A stretch of DNA of 62,589 bases from positions 1-62,589 of the forward strand of contig JBLNDL010000006.1 of NCBI GenBank assembly GCA_050261575.1, read 5' to 3'. The stretch is from Sphingomonadaceae bacterium. GTDB taxonomy: Bacteria > Chloroflexota > UBA6077. Every line of letters starts with the position of its first letter. The first letter of the stretch is position 1. A program made the position numbers and the translations under genes. The notes beneath the pieces are model-generated. The model did not search any database and had not been told where the DNA came from. It was given only the letters and a program-made list of their open reading frames with translations. Shown one piece after another: positions 58,568 to 62,589 of the stretch.

Positions 58568-59428
58568 TCACTCCTCGAACAGCCGTAAGACTGCCGACAC
58601 GTCCTGCTGCCCTAGTCCACGCTCCGACGCCTGTTCGAAGAGGGAGAGGGTTAGCGAGGCCACGGGGAGCGGTGCGCCCAGCTCCTTGGCCATCTCTTGT
58701 CCCAGACGCAGATCCTTGCACATCAGGTCGATCGCAAAACCGGGGGAAAAGTCCTCCTCCACGACCCGAGGGAGCCTGCTCTGGAAAGCCCTGCTGAACC
58801 CCGAGCTAGCGGTCACGACCTCCTTCACCAGGGCCATATCGATACCCGAGCGCCGAGCCAGCGCCAGCATCTCCATAGCCGCAAGGCTGTTGATGCCCAT
58901 CAGCAACTGGTTGAGGATCTTGATGGTGTTTCCTGCGCCCACCGGCCCCACGTGGAAGAACTTTTCCCCGATGGCACCCAGCACCGTCTTCGCCCGAGCC
59001 ACCGACTCGGCGTCGCCGCCCAGCATGATGGTCAGGGTACCGTTCTTCGCTCCGGCCGTGCCGCCGCTCACCGGCGCATCCAGCACCGTTGCGCCCTTCT
59101 CGCGGAACCGGTCCGCCAGCATCCTGGACAGTGAGGGAGTGACACTGCTGAGGTCGACGAAAAGCTGCCCCTCCTGGGCGCCCTCCAGCAGACCGTGGGC
59201 CCCCAGGTAGACGGACTCCACCGCGGCTGTGGTTGGGAGGGAGGTGAGCACCACCTCGCTGGACCGGGCCACCGCCTCGGGGCTGTCCACAGAGACGGCC
59301 CCGGCCTCCCTGGCCCGGGCTACCGCAGCCGCCGAAAGGTCGTAGACTACCAGCCTGTGCCCAGCTTTCAAGAGGTTGATCGCCATTGGGCAGCCCATGT
59401 TTCCGAGTCCGACGAAGCCGAGGTTCAT
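58568..59428 (-). CDS. NAD(P)-dependent 3-hydroxyisobutyrate dehydrogenase-family oxidoreductase
   Basis: GFVGLGNMG, DAPVSGG, K..NQ, KDL. Confidence 0.92.
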   Translation of the reverse strand: MNLGFVGLGNMGCPMAINLLKAGHRLVVYDLSAAAVARAREAGAVSVDSPEAVARSSEVVLTSLPTTAAVESVYLGAHGLLEGAQEGQLFVDLSSVTPSLSRMLADRFREKGATVLDAPVSGGTAGAKNGTLTIMLGGDAESVARAKTVLGAIGEKFFHVGPVGAGNTIKILNQLLMGINSLAAMEMLALARRSGIDMALVKEVVTASSGFSRAFQSRLPRVVEEDFSPGFAIDLMCKDLRLGQEMAKELGAPLPVASLTLSLFEQASERGLGQQDVSAVLRLFEE

Positions 59429-59785
59429 CCCTCGATCCCTCCACATTTGATGGGTATCTGGCTCACCGGCGTGATCGTGGTCGGGTTGCAGGGGCCTGGC
59501 CCCTACACACCACTTGGAAAGAGCGGGCGGACCCCACTGTCCGCCCCCACGTTCGGACGGGGCGAGCGGGCACTACGGTCCGCCCCCACACCAGTCCAGA
59601 TCACAAGACCCTCATCTCGGACCCCAGTCTGCGTAATCCCGATCGATTGCGAAGACCCTCCGGCGCGGGGAGATGCTTCGCTCCACCCAACATACCGGGG
59701 GCATCACCCTCGGTCCAAGCAGGTATCTCCAAGCTCATGTCGACTCTTCTGGCGGCAAACGTGTACGCTGGCCAGCGACACCTGC

Positions 59786-60082
59786 TTAGCCTCCTGTGTA
59801 GGTCGCTATGATCGCCACGGTATCCCCGTCGGACAGCTTCGTATCCATCCCCTGCAGGAACTCCAGAAGCTGATCGTTGACGATCGCACGAGCCGGGTAG
59901 CGTAGCTCCCGCGCTTTCCGGTCGAAGATCAGTTGCGCGAAAGCCGGGTCAACCTCCGACAGCTCGACCATCAGGTCGCCGAAGGTCTTCCCCCTCAATT
60001 CGTGCTCCAGCCTTATGCTACCGAGGCTGCCGGGCCTCATCGAGTTGCTAAGCCACGGCAGGATCTCCACGTTGATGCGCAT
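59786..60082 (-). CDS. MoaD/ThiS-family sulfur carrier
   Basis: VND...L.DGD.V.I....GG C-terminus. Confidence 0.88.
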   Translation of the reverse strand: MRINVEILPWLSNSMRPGSLGSIRLEHELRGKTFGDLMVELSEVDPAFAQLIFDRKARELRYPARAIVNDQLLEFLQGMDTKLSDGDTVAIIATYTGG

Positions 60083-60127
60083 GTCTCCTTCACCAGGTTC
60101 TGAGTGCTAAGCGCCGAGCGCTCCCCG

Positions 60128-62014
60128 TCACTCAGTCCTCGTTCCTCTCCCCGGCCAGGCATCCGCCACCAGGTCCGCCAGCCCGACCTTCTTGAGGGTC
60201 TCCGGCAGCGGCCGGCCGCTGGGGTACTCCCACCCCATCAGTTCGTAATACCGCTGCCTCATCTCCTCCCAGCGCTCCATGATGTTCTTGCCCGCCATGG
60301 GGCCATCCACCGGGATCGAGCCGTACCGCTTCGACGGCCGCTCGAGATCGGCCGACAGACCGCAGCGCAGGTTAAACACCCGCAGCAGGTTGGCGATCCG
60401 CCGCCCCACGGCCAGCGCCTCCTCACCGCTGAAGCCCTCCCATCCGGTGCAAGCCTCCACCGCCTTGCCCAACCCCTCCATCGTCGTCCGGCTGGTGAAG
60501 CGGCAGATGCCCAGGCTGTCCTCGAACATCATGCGACCGTTGTGCTTGCCCAGTTGCTCGGCAATGTCCTCCCAATGGTGGAGGTTGGGATTGGGCTTCG
60601 CGCCCTGCTCCGCGGGCAGCCACGCCGGGCCCACCTCGATGGTGCCGGTGTCCGAGGTGCAGGTGTCCACCATCTCTATCCACCTGGTCCGGTGATCGTG
60701 CCCCCTGGGGGTGTTGCCCTTCTCGGTGTAGATGGCGAACTCACGCCCCTTGCCGATCTTCTCCGCGGCCCTCTTGACACCCTCGGCCAGAATGTCGCCC
60801 ACGCCCTCGCGGTTGGCGATCTTCCGGAGCATGGCCCTTATGGACTCCACGTTCCCCCAGGCCATCTCCAGCCCGTCGGTATCCTCCTTGGTGAAGACGC
60901 CCTTCTCGTAGCACTCTATCACCCAGCCGATCAGCCAGCCGGCCTCGTTCGTGTCCATGCCGAGGGCATCCACGTCTCTGGACAGCACCACCGCGCCGGC
61001 CGGATCGGTGTTGCCCACCTGGCTTCCCCAGGCGGCCCATTGCTCGTACTCCGGCTCCTCGCTCTTGAAGCCGTCGTACTTGCCGCCCCTAATGGTAACC
61101 ATGTGGAGGTGCTTGGTCCGGCAGGCCCAGCAGGGCATCCGCTCCATCTCCCACTTCTGCTCGTACTCCTGCCTCATGAAGGCGGGGATCTCGGGGAAGA
61201 GGTTGGTGGTGTAGTTCTTCACCGGCAGCCAGCCGCCCTTCTCGGCACCCACCACGCTGTTCATGGTGCCGGACTGGTAGGTGCCGCGCGCCGTCGGGTT
61301 GGCCAAGATCTCCTCGATGATCTGGTTGGCCCTCTCCTTCAACGCCTTCTCGTCGGCGATCGAGAAGCGGGGCCCACGCTCGGCCACGACCGCCTTCAGC
61401 CGCTTGGAGCCCATCACGGCACCCGACCCGTTGTGCCCGGCCACGTGCCCCTTGTCTCCAGCTATCGCCGCGAAGCGCACCAGGTGCTCGCCGGCGGGGC
61501 CGATCCCTAACACGCTGAGCTGCCGTTCCTTCTTGCCCAACTCCTCCGTGATCCGGTCCTGGAGCTCGTAGGTATCCAGCCCCAGTAGGTGCTCGGCGTC
61601 CCTCAACTCTGCCACACCGTCGTGCAGATAGAGGTACACCCACCGCGGGGACTGGCCCTGGAAGATCACGGCGTCGTATCCAGAGAACTTCATGTAGGCG
61701 CCCATGAAGCCGTTCGCCTGTGTGGTCGTCGCCCCGCCCGTAAGAGCCCCCTTCGTCACGAAGGAGACCGTGCCGGTTCCCATCACCGAGGTGCCGGCCA
61801 GCGGCCCCGTCGCCATGATCAGGCGGTTCTCGGGATCGGACCATTGAACCGACGGGGGAACCTCGTCGTAGAGGATCTTGGCACCGACCCCGGTTCCCCC
61901 CACCCACTTCCTCAAGGCATCGGAGTCCCATCGCTCCTCGCTCAGCTTGCCGGTGGTGAGGTCCACCCGCAGGAACTTGCCGGCGTACCCCTTCGGGTAA
62001 CTGCTATCAGCCAT
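60128..62014 (-). CDS. Aldehyde:ferredoxin oxidoreductase family (tungstopterin)
   Basis: LRVDL, IGPAGE, GAVMGSK.LK, PEYE, D.LG.C.F, YY...GW. Confidence 0.92.
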   Translation of the reverse strand: MADSSYPKGYAGKFLRVDLTTGKLSEERWDSDALRKWVGGTGVGAKILYDEVPPSVQWSDPENRLIMATGPLAGTSVMGTGTVSFVTKGALTGGATTTQANGFMGAYMKFSGYDAVIFQGQSPRWVYLYLHDGVAELRDAEHLLGLDTYELQDRITEELGKKERQLSVLGIGPAGEHLVRFAAIAGDKGHVAGHNGSGAVMGSKRLKAVVAERGPRFSIADEKALKERANQIIEEILANPTARGTYQSGTMNSVVGAEKGGWLPVKNYTTNLFPEIPAFMRQEYEQKWEMERMPCWACRTKHLHMVTIRGGKYDGFKSEEPEYEQWAAWGSQVGNTDPAGAVVLSRDVDALGMDTNEAGWLIGWVIECYEKGVFTKEDTDGLEMAWGNVESIRAMLRKIANREGVGDILAEGVKRAAEKIGKGREFAIYTEKGNTPRGHDHRTRWIEMVDTCTSDTGTIEVGPAWLPAEQGAKPNPNLHHWEDIAEQLGKHNGRMMFEDSLGICRFTSRTTMEGLGKAVEACTGWEGFSGEEALAVGRRIANLLRVFNLRCGLSADLERPSKRYGSIPVDGPMAGKNIMERWEEMRQRYYELMGWEYPSGRPLPETLKKVGLADLVADAWPGRGTRTE

Positions 62015-62240
62015 ATCCCCTACCTCCCAGATGATCGACTCCAGCGCCCCACGATGAACCGATTCCCACGCCCTTACGTGGGGGCTGGCCGTGGCAGCCG
62101 TCGTATTGTAGCCCAGCGTCGAGCGGGGCAGCAACGAGGTTCCCCTTGACATGCGCCGGGGGCCCACCTACACTGCGAATCATCGACTAAGCAGGCACTC
62201 TGGATTGAGTTCCTGCTTAGAGCCAATCTCAGTGCAAGCC

Positions 62241-62339
62241 TGGCCCTCCTTCATCGCTCTGATCGCCACCCTGTTCCTGGTGACCCGCGTGCCGGAAACC
62301 ACCTTGTGGCTGCCAATCCTGCTGATGCCAGAGAAGTAG
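62241..62339 (+). pseudogene. Possible 3' relic of a TRAP transporter large permease (DctM-like)
   Basis: WPSFIALIATLFLVTRVPETTLWLP resembles the DctM C-terminus. Confidence 0.45.
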
Positions 62340-62354
62340 CGCTGGAGGACACGG

Positions 62355-62589
62355 ATGAAGAAGCTGATCAACGACCCGTACGCCTTCGTGGACGAGATGC
62401 TGGAGGGCATCGTCAGAGCTCACTCGGACCAGTTGCGGCTCGTCGGTCCCGACAAGCGGGCAGTGGTTAGGGCCGACGCTCCCGTTCGAGGAAAGGTGGC
62501 CATCTGCACCGGCGGTGGCTCCGGCCACCTGCCCGTCTTCATGGGTTACGTCGGCAAGGGGCTGGTGGACGGCTGCTCCATCGGCAACG
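62355..62589 (+). CDS. dhaK: Dihydroxyacetone kinase subunit K (partial, runs off window)
   Basis: MKKLINDP..FVDEML.G, GKVA..GGGSGH.P...GYVG.G. Confidence 0.92.
   Translation, partial: MKKLINDPYAFVDEMLEGIVRAHSDQLRLVGPDKRAVVRADAPVRGKVAICTGGGSGHLPVFMGYVGKGLVDGCSIGN

Overview
High-GC bacterial chromosome segment, most consistent with Chloroflexota (SH3b membrane protein, GAAC-N4-GTTC LexA-type box, overall gene repertoire; the taxonomy is inferred). It has three parts. (1) 1-8.8 kb is housekeeping: rpmI, rplT, a TrmH-family methylase, pheS, pheT, cvpA-like, polX and a CGGC protein. (2) A ~23.2 kb integrative element (8877-32137) is bounded by a 48-bp direct repeat matching the 5' part of tRNA-Pro(TGG). 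It carries an integrase, a putative SOS-controlled HNH-HNH-AAA ATPase operon, a defence-like cluster (DUF4145, DUF4062, DUF262 plus HNH, a type IIG/ISP-like RM enzyme, an unknown gene), two decayed IS elements, a second tyrosine recombinase with altered catalytic residues, and three phage internal-virion-like genes including an M23 peptidase. No capsid, portal or terminase genes were recognised. (3) 32.2-62.6 kb is metabolic: a respiratory locus (two CydA-like subunits, Rieske, cytochrome b, cytochrome c, selenocysteine formate dehydrogenase, NrfD), a DehI-like dehalogenase, pdxR-pdxST, AOR with MoaD, and the start of dhaK. The best novelty candidates are the virion-like module, the tRNA-mimic left junction of the element, and the formate/bc/bd-like respiratory locus. 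All family calls come from motif recognition by eye; no database searches were run.
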